In this document: one piece after another, positions 18,317 to 33,949 of the stretch
Layout of the letters: each line of letters opens with the position of its first letter
Position numbering within the stretch: position 1 is the stretch's first letter
Assembly (NCBI GenBank): GCA_033442325.1
Contig: JAWQFM010000032.1
Coordinates: 314,342-378,341, forward strand
Reading direction: 5' to 3'
Source of the DNA: Salpingoeca rosetta
Taxonomy: Eukaryota > Protista > Choanoflagellata
Length of the DNA stretch: 64,000 nucleotides
The notes under the pieces: model-generated
What the model was told of the DNA's origin: nothing
What the model saw: only the letters and a program-made list of their open reading frames with translations
Databases searched by the model: none
Program-made: the position numbers and the translations under genes

Positions 18317-20263
18317 CTAGCCAACCCTCTCCATCTCTGCCAACACAGCCCGCACGTTGGTGGCCGCGTCTCCTTTGAGCTGCTGCCCGACAATCGCTTT
18401 CAGTGCCGCAGACGGCGTTTCCTCGTCCGCTTGTCCCGCCTCTGATCGAGCCGCCGTGTCTAAGCGCTCCACCAGGGTGTCTGCCTTCTTCAGCTCAAGG
18501 CACAGGACAGCCACTGCGTAGCGGAGCGACGAGTGCGCACTCTTCAAGTCGCTCCTGACGCAAGATAATTGAAACGTCAGCAACAAGCATGAGACTTGAT
18601 GGGATCTGCAAACCACAATGGATTGCACGACTGGTGCATGCAAATGCTGACGATGCACAGTGGATACATTGGGTATACAAACACACACAAACACACACAT
18701 ACATACATGCATACATGCATACATACAAACAAACAAACATACATACATACATACATGCATACATGCATACATTCATGCAAACACACATTACATACATACA
18801 TACATACATTACATGCATACATACATACATTACATGCATGCATGCATACATACATGCATACATTCATGCATGCAAACACAACAACAACAACCCACTTTGC
18901 GACTGCTGACAGGAACGGAATGAGCAGGCGCGCTGTGCAAGGAGGGGACGTGGTGTTGTCGAGATGCTTGACTGCAGCTGTCACCGCCTCAACAGCAGCG
19001 ACACAAACCTGGGAAACAATCGCATTGAGCCGACAAGGAAGGGAGAAGAGGAGAAGGAGCGCGTTATGTGAGGGCAAGGGGCAAGGGATGCTTCAGAATG
19101 GACACTTGACAACAAGCAACGCGCACACTTTGTCGCGCCGTGTGTTGTTGACGTGATCGCTTCGAGCAGGCAAGATGCTCACATATGCACGCCGCACATG
19201 AACACACAGACACGTGCATGAAAGCACAAAGACAGAAATGCTAGCGAATTAGTTCACGTGCTCAAATGTGCACGTGGGCGCAGAGAAGAATGTTTGCGCA
19301 CCTTCAAGGTACCCCGCTGGAAGGCTTGCTTCAAGAAGGGGCCCAAGCGTTCAGTTGCAGCCTGCAGTTGGCGCAGTCACGTGTCAGTACAAGTTATGAG
19401 TGGGCCGAAAAGCCTATGCCGCCGTACACACCCGCACCCACACGTACAAACCAAACGAGCACAACACACACAGACACAGACACAGACACAGACACAGACA
19501 CACACACACACACCACCGCACCTCGGCCGGGTGGCCTGACTGCCAGAGTTTGGCGGCGACGGCGAGTGCAGCCACACGATGTGCCTCCTTCGCCCGCGCC
19601 TTGGCAGACATGGCGTCGCGGGCCTTGTGTTGCCGCCGCTCTGTTCGCGAGGAGAGCGCACCACCCTCAAGCACAGCGCCAGTGCCAGCACCCGTCTCAT
19701 CGGAGTCACTGTTGTCATCGTCGTCATCGTCGTCGCCATTGCCGTTGTTGGTGCCGCTGGGTGTCCTAAGCGAGTGCCAACCAGCGTGCTTCACATGAGT
19801 GGACAACTGCAGCAGTTGTGCTTACAATACATCTGACATAATCGCACACGTGTACCTTAGATTTGCAGTCGTCATTGTTGATGACACACAACACACAACA
19901 CACACACACATGCACACACACACACACACACAGCACCCAGCTCCACCATGTCTGGACATGTACGCGAGTGTTCGCATCGACACTACCGGCACATGCTCCC
20001 AACCTTTCAGGGTCGAACGCCCTGAGTTGCTTGCACAGCACCTCAACAACAGCAGCAACCTGCTCCCTCGTTTGCAGCTGTGTCGCAATGTCGCCGAGTG
20101 CTGGCATGACCTTCAGCCTGTACTCCTTGTCGCGTTTCCCCGTCTCCTTCAGAACAGCGTGCACACCCTTGAACATTTGCAACCAAAAAAAAAAAAAAAA
20201 AAGACCACGTGAATGGTTGACGGAGAGCATGAATGGCCTGTGTGTGTGTGTGTGTATGTGTGT

Positions 20264-20338
<75 letters not shown>

Positions 20339-20736
20339 AAGGGTATCAAGGGTGGGAGGAGGCGTCGATTGTGAACCAATGCGAACAAAATAAATAAATG
20401 ATTGAATGAATGCTTCCCAGTGTCACGCACTTGTATACCTTGTCGAGCAACGACATGTATCCTTGGTCTTCCTCGTTTTCCTGTTTCGCCATCTGCAGCA
20501 AGTCCACGAGCGCTTGCACCGCCTTCTCCTTCCCGTCCTGCAATGAGTGGCCATGGGGGCGGGGGGGGGAGGGAGGTGGAGGTGAAGATGATGGAAGGTT
20601 AAGATTCGTTTGGAACGAGCGTGTCAAGGGGATAACGAACGATGCGCTCACGTTGATGCCACTGTGGCAGGGGCTTAGACAAGCAGACAAAAATCCAGGG
20701 AAAGAGGAACAGAAGCAACGCCGGAGACATCCAGCA

Positions 20737-20777
<41 letters not shown>

Positions 20778-21782
20778 CACATACACACGCACACACACAC
20801 ACACACATATACATGTACACAGAGCCACGCTACCAACAGCACGCACCCAAGTTCTGCCCGCGAGCGACTCGAGCACGGTTGAGGTGAGCACGTGGATCTC
20901 TGGCACATCTCCCGGTCGGCACGACGACAACGCCGCACTCAGAGCCGAGGACGACTGGTGGTGGTGGCGATTGCCGATGGCGATGACAATTATGAGGTGG
21001 CCATGGAAGACAACAATCGTGTGTGACAATCGTGTGAGCATGGACAAGGGCGCCTGTGTGGAACATACTTGTACGAGCATCCGCGCATCGCATACATGCG
21101 ACGTGTGGCAAGACATGTACACGCATGTTGGTTCACAGTTGAGCGAAGGGGTGATGTATTAAGCAGGTTGCATGATTGCATGACGCGTTTACCTGTCGCT
21201 TGAGCTCCCACGATCTGTCTGTGAGGCGCGGCTGGAGGATGGCGAGAATTTCCTGTTGACAGCGCACAGTGCACACAGTGCATGGTAGCAAGGGGTGAGG
21301 TCAGGGAAACGTGCAAGAATGGTGAGCGAAACATCTCAAATGGCAATGGCCTGGGTGTCTGGCGCGCGAGCAAGTGAGCAAGTGAGCAAGTGAGCAAGTG
21401 AGCAAGTGAGGAAGGAAGGGAACAAACACAGGGGTTCACAACGACCTTCATGTGCATGCGGATGGCTGCTTCGTCTGTGCCCTGGGTGGTTTCGCTCCAC
21501 ACATCGCTCCACACGTCGCGAACCACCTTCGACTCATCGTGACGGCCGTAGAAGGCAAGAGGAAGGCTGTAGAAATGTGCAAAGGAAAATGACCGAGTAG
21601 CAGGTAAGTAGAAGACTTTGGCAGTGGGTGTTTTGAAACAGCGCCAAGAGGGCACACCAAGAGAGCAGCACATCAGCATCCACGCGCACATCTCACAAAA
21701 CGCATGAGGCATGCGACCTCCGCACACAGACACAGACACACGTGCACGCATGCACAAAGACAATAACACAAGGTGCAGCCAT

Positions 21783-21855
<73 letters not shown>

Positions 21856-22214
21856 CATTACACTGTTGCGGCATGGGCGTGGATGACGTCGTGTGCTCTG
21901 CGGCCGACGGCGCGACACACAATACAGCTCGCCTCCATCTGCTCAGCGCTGTCGTGCTCTGTCCGCCGAGATGGTTCAGTGAGTGAGTGAGTGAGTGAGT
22001 TAGTGAATGTGTGTGAGTGAGTGAATGTGTGAGTGAGTGAGTGAGTGAGTGAGTGAGTGAGTGAGTGAGTGAGTGAGTGAGTGTGTGTGTGTGTGAGTGA
22101 GTGAGTGAGTGCGAGCACACAAGTGGTCTTCATCCTCTGACACAAAGTATGGAGAGTGCGGTTGAATAAGCATGCAAACCCAAACAACACAATAACGATC
22201 GCCATACACACACA

Positions 22215-22274
<60 letters not shown>

Positions 22275-22631
22275 GCGCACCTAGGTACATCTTCTTTGCC
22301 TTCTTGAGGAGGCTGCCCACGTCCTCCACGCTTGCCACGCGACACACTTCCCCAGCAGCACCGGCAAGGTCGCGGCGCACGGGCGCAGACTTGCAGTTGG
22401 CGGTGGCAGTGAGCAGGGAGCGCAATATCTTGCGAGCATACGGCTGCAGCGACGAGCGGCATGTGCGCACCAGGTCTGGGTGGCGGCGGTGGTGGCCGCG
22501 GTGAGATGGGGGAAAGGAGGACGAAGGAAGGCGAAGATGTGAGAGATGAATGGGAGTGATACAGGCAGACAGATAGACAGAGTTACAGGGACACACACAC
22601 ACACACACACACCCACACACACACACACACA

Positions 22632-22671
<40 letters not shown>

Positions 22672-23046
22672 GAAACAGACACACACACACACACACACAC
22701 ATGTACAGCCACAGACACGGCTGCAAACACAGACGCACACGGCCTCACGCACGCAAGCCTCCCCACCTGAGATGAAGCGAGCGCAGCCTGCCTTCGTGCT
22801 TGCACCGATGCCCTGCTTGGTCATTTTCAAAATTCGCGGCACAAGCTCAGGCAGCGTCAACTCGTCCACCTGTTGCCGTGAAATGTTGCAATGGGAAGGT
22901 TGGGATGCAGTGTGAGGGCAGTGCGTTCGCATGAAGATGAGGAAGAGCAACAGATGTACGTTGCACCATGTACGTTGCATCATGGAGGTTGGTCACACGA
23001 ACACACAGACACACAGACACACAGACACACAGACACACACACACAC

Positions 23047-23077
<31 letters not shown>

Positions 23078-24079
23078 CACACACATACACGCACACACAC
23101 GCACACATACCTGTCGTGCGCACTCATCCAGGCATTGCGCAATTGGCGATGACTTTGATGCAGACACGCGCAGGTCATCCAACCGCTCCTCCATCCCTTT
23201 TCGCGAGCTCAGGCGTTGGCCTGACGACCGGGATGATGGTGGTGGCGGTGGCGGTAGTTGTGGAAACAAACATATCGCGTGTGAGCACGCGAGCCACATT
23301 CCAACTTTCATCACGACAGCAGCAGCATTGATATCAACTGCAAACACGCGATGAGCAGAACAACAACAAATTCAATTTGCCCACCGCTTCCATGTACAAC
23401 AACCCCTCATCCCTCTCTCCCTCTCTCACCAATGTAATCAAGGGAGGGTGACTCCATGCCAGAGAGGGCCTCCAGCAAGGTGATGACGAGGGTTGGCAGG
23501 TGTGGTTTCAGCGCTGTTCCCGCCTCGTGTGCAATGTCGACAATCACAGACAGACTTAGCGCTTTCACATCCTGTGGGAGTGGTGAGCGACGGGAGCGCG
23601 CATGTGTGTGTATGTGTGCGAGTTGCGGGAGTGTTGTGAGTTGCGTCAGTGTGCGTGTTCCGTGCGTGCGTGAAAATCAGCACGTGCACAAACAGGACCA
23701 TGAGAATGCAAGGACAGCCACAGCCACAGAGGGCGGACGACCAAACAAGAAAGGCGCAGCGGCACGCAAGGCATAAGGGACAACGCACCTGAACAGAAGA
23801 CATGAGTCCAGTCTCTGTGAGAAACGGCAGCAGCGATGCAATCACGGCCGGGCCCGAATCCGCTGATGATGATGGTGGTGGTGACGATGGCGGTGGTGGT
23901 GGTGAAGATGATGGTGATGGTGGTGGCGGCGGTGGTGGCGGCGGTGGTGGTGAGCAATGGAGATCGTAGGCCAACAAAGGGCACGTCAATCATGTCTACA
24001 AGTGACACAGACACATGTACGCACAGATATACAGACACACACATCCACACATCCACACCCAGACACCCAGACACACATC

Positions 24080-24139
<60 letters not shown>

Positions 24140-24510
24140 CACATATGCATGCATGATCGTCATTTACGTTTCTTGCACAGTGTGACGGAGAGCTTTGCGA
24201 GGCGCTTGCACAGGTCGCTACCGGCCTTGCGCACGGATTCCTGGCATGATACAGACATATCATAAGGAAGGGAAGGGGGAGGGGAGGGAGGACACATGAG
24301 CACGAATAGACAACAGCAGCGCAGAAGAAACTCACGCCAGACACAAGAGACGCCCAAATACCAGCCGTACGCACACACAACACACAAGGCACACGCAGCA
24401 TGTCTGGTTCACCTTCACATCATCGATGACACGGAATGCGAGCTGCCACGTCTCAATGAAGATGGGCTTCACTTCCTGCCAAACGCGGCCACGCAACACG
24501 TCCGCTGCAC

Positions 24511-24579
<69 letters not shown>

Positions 24580-27500
24580 TTGTTGTTGTTGTTGTTGTTG
24601 TTGGTGCAGAGGGTGAGGGATACGCGTTCAGCAAGTCAGCAACCGCAAACGCGAAGCAGCAAAGCATCACAGGCGTGCGTGTGTGTCTCCATCGTAACAT
24701 AACACTATCATCATGCGTACCAAGTGCAAGGGCACACGACTCCCTAACGCGCCATTGGCGGGCGGTGATGTGCGCATTCAGCTCCTATCGTCACAGTGTT
24801 GAAGAGTGTGGCAATGTGGTGTGAGGAGGGAAACATGCATTCATGAAATAGCAAGTGACAGGAGTGGTGGTGAGGTGTTGACGTGAAAGCGGTCAAAGAC
24901 ACAAACAAACACCTTGACGATGGGGATGAAGTGTTGGTCCACAGTCTTGACCGGGTCCGTGACGAGCGTCGACCAGATGTTCGTCATTGCCGATCGCGTC
25001 GACGCATTGGGGTCAAACTTGTACCTGCAGCGCGCACACGTGCACACGGGCGAACACGCACAGTCAGGGCAGTGGAGGGTGTTGTTGGTGCTGTTGACGA
25101 GACGATATACCAAAACCAAGAAATACCCATAACCTCACAAGCATATCATGTGGAGCAAGTTACATAGCGGACACACACACACACACACACAGACACACAG
25201 ACACACACACACAGACACACACGTTCACACACACACACACAGACACAGACACAGACACACACACACACACGTTCACACAGACACTAATCAAGTACCCCTG
25301 TCCTCCCCCCCCTGGTTCACCTGTAGAGCTTCGGAAGGACAGCGTCAAGTTTGTCGTCGATGGTGATGCCCGTGTGTTTGGCGATGCGCCCAAACCCATA
25401 CGCAGCGCCGCGCCGACTGTTCCAAAGGACGTTGTGGTTCGCCAGGCTCATGAACCTTGCCATACACCATTGGAGGGAAGGGTGAGATATCGAAGGAGAC
25501 AGTGGTCCATGTATGTGCACAAAAGCGTGTGTGTCTGTCTTGTCAGGAGCGTCCGTGTGAAACTGCACAGATAACACATTCACACTCGCATGAACAAACG
25601 CACACAGACACAGACACAGACACAGACACCCACCCACCCACCTGTAGATGAGGTCTGGCTGGTTGAGATCAGAGGCGAGCGACGAGATGTCCTTGTACGT
25701 CGTCAGCGACGCCCCTTCGCGCGTGCGTCCAAGCTCGCCCTCTCCAAACACGGTGTCCTCGGAGCCGGCAGCATACTTGTGTGCCTGCACGCAATAACAG
25801 CAACAACAGCAGCAGGACATATGAGTGTGCGAGTGTGTGTGTGTGTGTGCGTGTGTGCGAGTGTGTGTGTGTGAGTGTGTGAGTTGACGCACGCACGCTG
25901 TTTCAACTGCAAAGTGCAACAACAGCACAGCCAGTACACAAGCAACTCACCGCGGACTTATGGCCCTGTGACAGTGCGGACGTGAGGGCCTGCACAAGCT
26001 TTGCCTTTGTCTCCTCTGTGCCCAAATCGTAACACATCTCCAATCCGTGCGACGCAACCTCCTGCCAAACGTTCCCAGCGCATGCATGTGCGCGTGTGAG
26101 TGAGTGAGTGAGTGAGTGAGTGAGTGAGTGAGTGAGTGAGTGAGTGAGTGAGTGAGTGAGTGAGTGAGTGAGTGAGTGAGTGAGTGAGTGAGTGAGTGAG
26201 TGAGTGAGTGAATGAGTGAGTGAGTGAGTGAGTGAGTGAGTGAATGAGTGAGCGAGTGCACATGAAAAAGTATGTAGAGTTGTGCCACTAACGCGACAAC
26301 AAGCAGGATGCAACGGCAGTGGTGTGCTGGTGGTCACCTGCACAATGGCGTCGCCCTCGGAGAGAAGGTCGAAGAAACAGCGCTGGAGGCGTGGCAGCCG
26401 CTCTTGGATCGCTGGTGAGGATAACAATGATGATGGTGATGATGGTGTTGGCAACGAAATGTCATGGCGTCATGATGGTGGCGATGAGGATGAGTGTCTG
26501 CAAGAAAATGAGGTGATCCATAACACACTCACACACATCCACACACTCACATCCACACAGACATCCGCCCACACAAACACACACACATGTGCACCTGATG
26601 TGTGGGAGCAATTCTTGCAGAGGCCGACGAGCCAGACGCCCGCAGCGTGACGCGTCGCCGCACTCCTGTCCGTCGATCTGGGGATGACGCGTTGAACCGG
26701 AGCAGCGGGCATCGTCATGAAACGTGAATGGGCAGCGCAAACACACACACACACACACACACAGAGAAAAAAAAAGAGAGAGACACACACATACACACAG
26801 AAACAAGCAAGACACACACACACACACACACAAACAAGCAAGAGACAAGCGTACTCATTCACCCACACAAATGCACGAGGCATATAATGCGTGTACACAA
26901 TGTCTCACTTGTGATCGAGGATAGTGTCAACGCCTCGTCCAAGCCGAGCCATGAGCTCGTCCTCACTCGGCTCTCGCACCGTAACAACTTGACCATCACC
27001 ATCACCATCACCTTCACTGTTACTATCACCTCTCTGTTCGCCACCATCGGCGCGTTCATCTGCCGCGCTGTCGTGCCCGTGACCCTCTGTGGCCCCTTCA
27101 AACATGAGTGGTGTCACAATCTCCTCCCTGAAGTAGTTGTGGGAGCGGATGGACAGTCCACCTGCCAGCGCCGTCGAAATTGCATCGCCCGCAGACAGAT
27201 TCATCTCTGCATGCAGGGTCACAGTGATGCGCATGTGTGAGTGGCATGGGTGTGCGTTGTTTCCCAGTGCAGGTGGGGGCAATGCGAAAGTATGGCAGGT
27301 GAGTGAGCTCTAACACAGCAACGAGTGAGTTCAGGAGGGGCAAAGCCTCACACACATACACCACACACACACACATACGCACGCACGCACGCACACACAC
27401 ACACCAAAGACGCGATAGTGGGCTGTTTCGTAGATTGCATCCAGTGCTGTCGTGTACAAGTCTGCCTTGTCCTCAGCGCCTTCCTTGCCCTCACCACTCC

Positions 27501-28852
27501 TTTCGTCAACTGCTTGTGCAAGCGATAGGGTGGATGTGAACGTGTGAGCAACGAACGGCACTCGGGCAGTTTGGTGGCACGGCTTCAACACAGCCAGAAT
27601 AGAACCATGTGGTCAACGCACATCGCCGTGGACACGTCAGACGTCATGAACACAGCCAACACCAGCGAGCAGCAGCACACACACGAACACCAACAACAGT
27701 GGAGCACAGAACTACGTACAGCAGGCGAAGGACTGAGCGAGGTGGCCGATGGCGATGACGGCTGCCTCCGCCATTGCGCCCCCACCGCGCTTCTCCTGAA
27801 AATTCATAAGTGCATGCAAGCAAGGGGAGTCAGGTGAAACAAGAAGTGGATGCACGTTTTGAGGAGATGACAAGGGCGCAAGACACACAGGTGCAAAGAT
27901 ACACACGCACACACACACACACACACACACGCACACACACGCACACACACATACTCAGACACACGTACACATCAGCGCAAAAGCACACCTTCTTCACAGT
28001 CTTGTCTGGACGACAAAAGCGCTGAAGTGTCGAGAGCAGCTCAGAAAAGTCACACACTGAAAAGTTATAGCGTGCAATGTGAGAAAACGTCGGAAGTCGT
28101 GCAGAGTGCGTGGTTGTGGGAGGTACACGCACGTCAAGCACACGCACACACACATGCACACACACACACACATGCACACACACACCTGTGGGCGGGAGGA
28201 TGTGTGCGAGCGCAACATCGGAGATGGCGTGGCAGGCGGCAAGGCGCATCTCCTGCCGTGCGAGCGCGAGCAAATGCTTGCAGGCAGACATAAATGCCTT
28301 GATCAGGCGGCCGTCAGCCAGTTGTTGCGTGGGCAGCGCGGCCAACGCGTGCGCGGCGACATAGGCGCTTCCAAATGCATGTGCAGCCCCGCCAACGTCG
28401 TCACTGAAGAGATAACGCGGAGTTACGAAGCAGAACGAAGGTGAGAGGGTGTGCATGTTGGTGAGTGCATGCGAGTGAGTGAGTGAGTGAGTGAGTGAGT
28501 GAGTGAGTGAGTGGGTGGGTGGGTGAGTGAGTGTGCATATGTGTGCGTGAGCAGGGAAGCAAGGTACTCGTGATTGCTCACCCGGCAGCAGTCATTGCCT
28601 GCAGGCAACGCGAGAGGGTCGGCTCTCGGTGGTTTTCCACAAACACCGCACAGATGGCGAGTAGCCTGCGCGAATGGATACAGCCACCACGGTGTTGAGC
28701 GAGGACACGTGGAATCATCATCAGCACGCACGTGGATGGGGCAGTATCGATGGTTGTGTGGACAAACAATCAACAGATCAAGCAAGCAGAAGAAGCAAGG
28801 AAACAAACACAACGGCAAGCAGTTAAAGCCAACGAAGCGAGCAGACAAAAAT

Positions 28853-28887
<35 letters not shown>

Positions 28888-28888
28888 G

Positions 28889-28964
<76 letters not shown>

Positions 28965-30266
28965 TGCGCCATACTTTGCGGATGATGTGCTGATGGCGCG
29001 CTGCGGCGCTGAGAGGTTCGTGAAGAGACGAGAGAGGATGGGCACGATGCTTGCACACACCACGTCCGGTAGCACGCTCGCCATCTCGAGCAGACAGTGC
29101 AGTGCCGTGGCATGCAGGTCATCGAGCGACGTGGATTGCAGCGCCAGCATTGCCATGAAGAAGAGCTGTGCTGCCGGGTGATCGTCGTGCTGAGTCAGCA
29201 GATTCTCGGGTGCACGTGCCAGCGGAGGGGCAGCAGACAGCACAGCGGATGTTGTAGACGCCTCAGATGCCTCTGTCGTCCTCGTTGGTGCTGCGTCCGT
29301 GGTCGCCTTGTCTTGAGCACCACCGCCGCGACCACCGCGACCACCGCGACCACCGCGACCATCACCACCATCACCACCATCACCACTGCCTTCGTGTGAG
29401 GAGAGGAGGGCGTGTCGCAGTCGCAGAAGCCGGTCCTTTGTGGACCCGTACTTGGCAATGTACTCTTCCTCGTCACGCGTGGCGGTCGCGTGTGCATGCA
29501 GGCAACGGAAGGCAAAGAGAAGGCCATTCTGGATGACGCCCTGCTTGTACGGAAGCTCGTGTGACACGAGCCCAGGCGTGCCGTCCGCACGTCGCTTGCG
29601 TATCGCGCCAAGAAACTTGCTTGCAAGCATGGACGCCACTTCAGCAAAGTCGGGAACAACAAGCTCGCCATCGCCTTCTTCTTCCTGCTGCTCTGCGGGT
29701 AACGGCGAGGGTGAGAGAGGAGACGGTGTGCTCTCAGTTGCAGCAGTGGTGGTTGCTGGAGCTGCCTCACTCGCTTGGGCGTTCTCGCCACCTGCTGTCG
29801 TCTCCTTTGTCTGCTCAGTTGCCGCTCCCTTCGGCTCGGCACCATCCCGCTGCGTGCTTTCCTCCTTTGTCCTGGCTTTGCTCACCGCTGCCCGGCGTTT
29901 TGGTTTGCCTGCAAGCATGAGCGCTGCCTGTGCCTCTGCGCGAATGTCCTGCTGCTGGTCTGCGGAGGCGAGGATGAGGACGAACCGGGACGAGACATGG
30001 TCGGGCGGAAACACATCGACTGCATAGCGCACAGCCATTGTGCGCACCGCCGACTGCGTGTGCACGACGTGCTCAAGCAGCAGGTTGACGAGGCGGCGTG
30101 CGTTGTCCCCGCTCACGCCTGGCGTGTGTGCGTATGTGTGCGTATGTGTGTGTGTGTGTGTGTGAGTGTGTGAGTGTGTGTGTATGTGAAAAAGTTGCGT
30201 GCCTCACCTTCTTTGGTTGACTCGGATAAATTCAACATGCACACATCGGGCTCTCTCACTCTCACT

Positions 30267-30305
<39 letters not shown>

Positions 30306-31142
30306 CTCACCGATGTAGCACTCCTTCATAAGGGCGAGCGCTTCCTGAAGATGCCTGCAGGCGCCACAACATTCGGGGAGTGTTGCGTGAGTGCACAATG
30401 AGGTGCACCAAAACAAGATGCAACACGCACCTTCAACACACACACGCACACACACACACACAAACCGCATATACACGGTCGCATGAAACTAGGCACGAGT
30501 GTACAACTCCCTCATCATTCACGCTCAACTAGTTCAAGCATGTGGACAAGCACTCACAAGACAAGGTTGCCAGCGGCGCCTGCGCAGCGCTGGAAGAGCT
30601 TGCGCAAGAGCGCAACATCGTCACGCACACGCACGCGCATTGCATCAGACTTGCGGGCCAGCAGGCCAAGGTTGTGGTAGGCGTGGCCATAAACTTCAAG
30701 CGTGTTGCTGTACACGTGTGCATTTGTGTGAGCGAGGGATGCGAAGGTTTTACGGGCAAATTATGGAGTGTGATTGTGATGTGTATGTGTGTGTGTGTGT
30801 CGTGGGCGAGAGTGAGCGAGCGATGTAAAACGACACAGAGGCGTACAGCAACGTATATGCACAGACAAACAGACAGAGACAGGCAGAGAGAGAGAGAGAG
30901 ACAGAGAGAGAGACAGAGAGACAGAGAGAGACAGAGAGAGAGACAGAGAGAGAGACAGAGAGACAGAGAGAGACAGAGAGACGNNNNNNNNNNNNNNNNN
31001 NNNNNNNNNNNNNNNNNNNNNNNNNNNNNNNNNNNNNNNNNNNNNNNNNNNNNNNNNNNNNNNNNNNNNNNNNNNNNNNNNNNGCTTAAGAAAATAGCAA
31101 AAATAAATAAATTAAATAAAAGATACACAGAGATATATAGAT

Positions 31143-31193
<51 letters not shown>

Positions 31194-31649
31194 GACAGAG
31201 AGAGAGAGAGAGACAGACACACACACACACACACACGGACACAGCCCTTCCCCACCCAACAGCCGCTGGTGTCGCACCTTGGGTCGTCGACGAGCTTGAG
31301 CGTGCGGTCAAAGAGGAGCGGGCAGAGCGGAGCAATCTGCTGCTGGGGCGAAAAGTGGAGCATGCGGCCCATCAGCTGTAGGCCAAGCGACCGGAGCCTG
31401 CAGGCAATTTGAAATGTGCGTTTGTGAGTGTGTGTGCGGGGGCGGGGGACAGTGGCAGGTACGGCGCAGGGTGGAGAATGAGGGGAGAGAGAGAGAGAGA
31501 GAGAGAGGCCAGTTGGTGAGAAACAGGGAACACACAGGCGCGTTTACGTATTCAGACGCGCATACATGCAGACACACACACACGTACACAGAGACACACG
31601 TACACACACGTACACACACACACACGTTTACACACACGTATACACATAC

Positions 31650-31701
<52 letters not shown>

Positions 31702-32304
31702 CCCGCCCACCTGGCATCGCCGGCGTTGTCGTAGATGCAGCTGAAGACACACGCGAGACACGCGGGGACGGCTTTCGGCGCAGCAACAGAGCGCACCAGG
31801 CGGGCTGCAATAGCACTGCGCGCGCGTGCGCTCATGAGTGTGCGGCGCGCGTCCACAGGCAACGCCTTCTGCGCAGGGGACGACGGCGACAGCGTGAAGT
31901 ATTGCATAATGCTGACCACGGTTGGAGGGTCATTGAGGTCCACGCCCACACGCCGCATGCCCAGGACGGCGCGATCTGCAATGTCGCTGTTCGGGTCGCC
32001 AGCTGCTGTCATCAGGGCCACGGCCACGTCACGCGCATGGAAGGTCTTTGGCTGCGACAACACATCCACAACGGCCAGCTTGAGTGCGTGCACGTCCTCA
32101 CGCGTCGGGCAGCGGAACACCGCACCCTTCTGATCAACGAGTGCGAGGAGTCGAGTGCGACTGAGACCGGGTGGCGGTGGGGGCAGCGCCGTGCTGCCCT
32201 CCTGTTGCGGATGAATCAGCTGCAGTGCAGCGGTGTTGAGCAGGAGAAAGTCGCGCGCAAACTCAACGAGCTGTTGCCGCCGTCGCTGTACCGTGGGCCC
32301 ATCT

Positions 32305-32335
<31 letters not shown>

Positions 32336-32543
32336 CAGTGGGGGGTGATGGTGCTGTCTTGTCCTTATCGCTGCTTGTGCCTGCGGCGTGTGTAGTGGCA
32401 CTTGCACATCCAAGATGCTCCAGCACGTTCTAAGTGCGGTGTGTGGGATCGTGGGTGGGAGCAGCACGTGAGGTTCTTGGTATTGTGCCATTCGGGCTGA
32501 TGCCGCGTCGGTGACCCACACACCCACACACGCATACACACAT

Positions 32544-32579
<36 letters not shown>

Positions 32580-33664
32580 ACACCCACACACACACACACA
32601 CACACGCATACACCCACACACACACACACGCATACACACACACACACACACGCGCGCGCGCATACACACCCACATGCACACCTCTGGCTTAATGCCCTTG
32701 ATGAGGAGTGGCAGTGCTGGGATGACGTGCCGGTACACCAGCGCCGGATCCGGGCTGCAATTCAGCAGCGGATGATGGTGGTGGGTAGGTGAGATGTAAG
32801 GGCATGCATGCGCGAAGCATCAAAGTGAGGAAGCGCAGAGTAAACGTACGCAGATACAGACACAGACACAGACACACACATCCACACACGCACAGACATG
32901 GACATGCACACACACGCACACAGACACACACGCACCAGTGCTCGATGTTGTGGAGGAGGGTGAGGAGGCCGGTGCATAGGTCGTCATCGGGCAGGCGCGA
33001 CAGCCCCATCGTCAGGTAGATACGCGTGAACTTCTTGACGGAGCCAGACACGTCCTTGTTGATGTACTGCTGGATGAGCGGTGTCACCGGCAATTGCATC
33101 GCTGATCGGGACCCGAGGATCTGCGGCGCGTACAACATGAGGTGTGCAGGTTCGAGTGATGCGAATGAGCTCTTCAACGTGCTTATCTACGCTTGTCCAA
33201 GGGCACGACAGGGTCACGCACACGCATGTGCACAGCCCGCGTACCTTGTTGATGTGCGTGAGCACCTGCATGAGCTTGGCGCGGACGCTTTGGTGTGGAC
33301 TGCTGAACTTGAGCAGCATTGGGCACAGCAGGTTGCGCACATTCTGCTCCAGCTGTGGGTATACGTGGATGAGTGTGAATGTGGACGAGTGCGTGTGGAT
33401 GAGTATGTGTGTGTCGGTGCGAGCGTATTGTGTGTGCGCAGGCTGAACAGCCACCGCAACTGCAATATCAGCAGTAAACTTACGGCCTCGTCTGTCGCTG
33501 CGGTCGCAAAGCGCATCAGCACACGGTCCAGCAACTCTGTGTCGTGTCAAGCAAGCAAGCGAGGCGGAAGGTGCAGCAGCAGTAGTTGAGCAGCATCCGC
33601 ACATCACCGCGATTACACAAAACAAACAAACACACGCACAAAACACACACGCACACACACATTA

Positions 33665-33723
<59 letters not shown>

Positions 33724-33770
33724 CATAAGCCACACGTACCTGCATCTTGCTGTTCGCTGGCGTCGGCCAT
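18317..33770 (-). CDS. ECM29: Proteasome adapter and scaffold protein ECM29 (HEAT repeats), many exons
   Basis: N-terminal exons [16 protein letters not shown] / [36 protein letters not shown] / [12 protein letters not shown]...[11 protein letters not shown]. Central [43 protein letters not shown]...LPKLYRYKFDPN. Also ESVRKAG..LCK.L.KL and [10 protein letters not shown]. All are characteristic of ECM29. Internal exon boundaries were not all resolved; one 100-N gap lies in an intron. Confidence 0.92.
26096..26250 (-). repeat. (CTCA)n tetranucleotide array (sense strand of ECM29 intron) just upstream of a 3' splice site
   Basis: (GAGT)n on the + strand. Similar arrays at about 13160-13305, 21978-22110 and 28460-28530. 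Confidence 0.95.
30984..31083. other. Assembly gap (100 N) inside a (GA)n intronic repeat
   Basis: Run of N. Confidence 1.
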
Positions 33771-33949
33771 TCTCGTTGTTGGATGGGGTGATGTGAAGGA
33801 AAGGCGGAGGTGGGATCAATGCACAAGGAAGTGTGAGGTTGCTGCGGATGTGTCAGCAGGTTGGAAAGCAGTTGGAGCAAGAGCAAATTGTGCGACTACA
33901 TAATATATGATGTCGCATTTCCGTTCAGTAACGATAACCGCACAACAAC

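Noticed and set aside
21783-24600. Poly-Met/Ile/Asp/Ser ORFs from (ATC)n and (GAT)n tracts
   Set aside because: They are intronic trinucleotide microsatellites within ECM29.
33771-33949. RFX X-box upstream of the MORN gene
   Set aside because: Only a GTTGC half-site is present, with no convincing palindrome.
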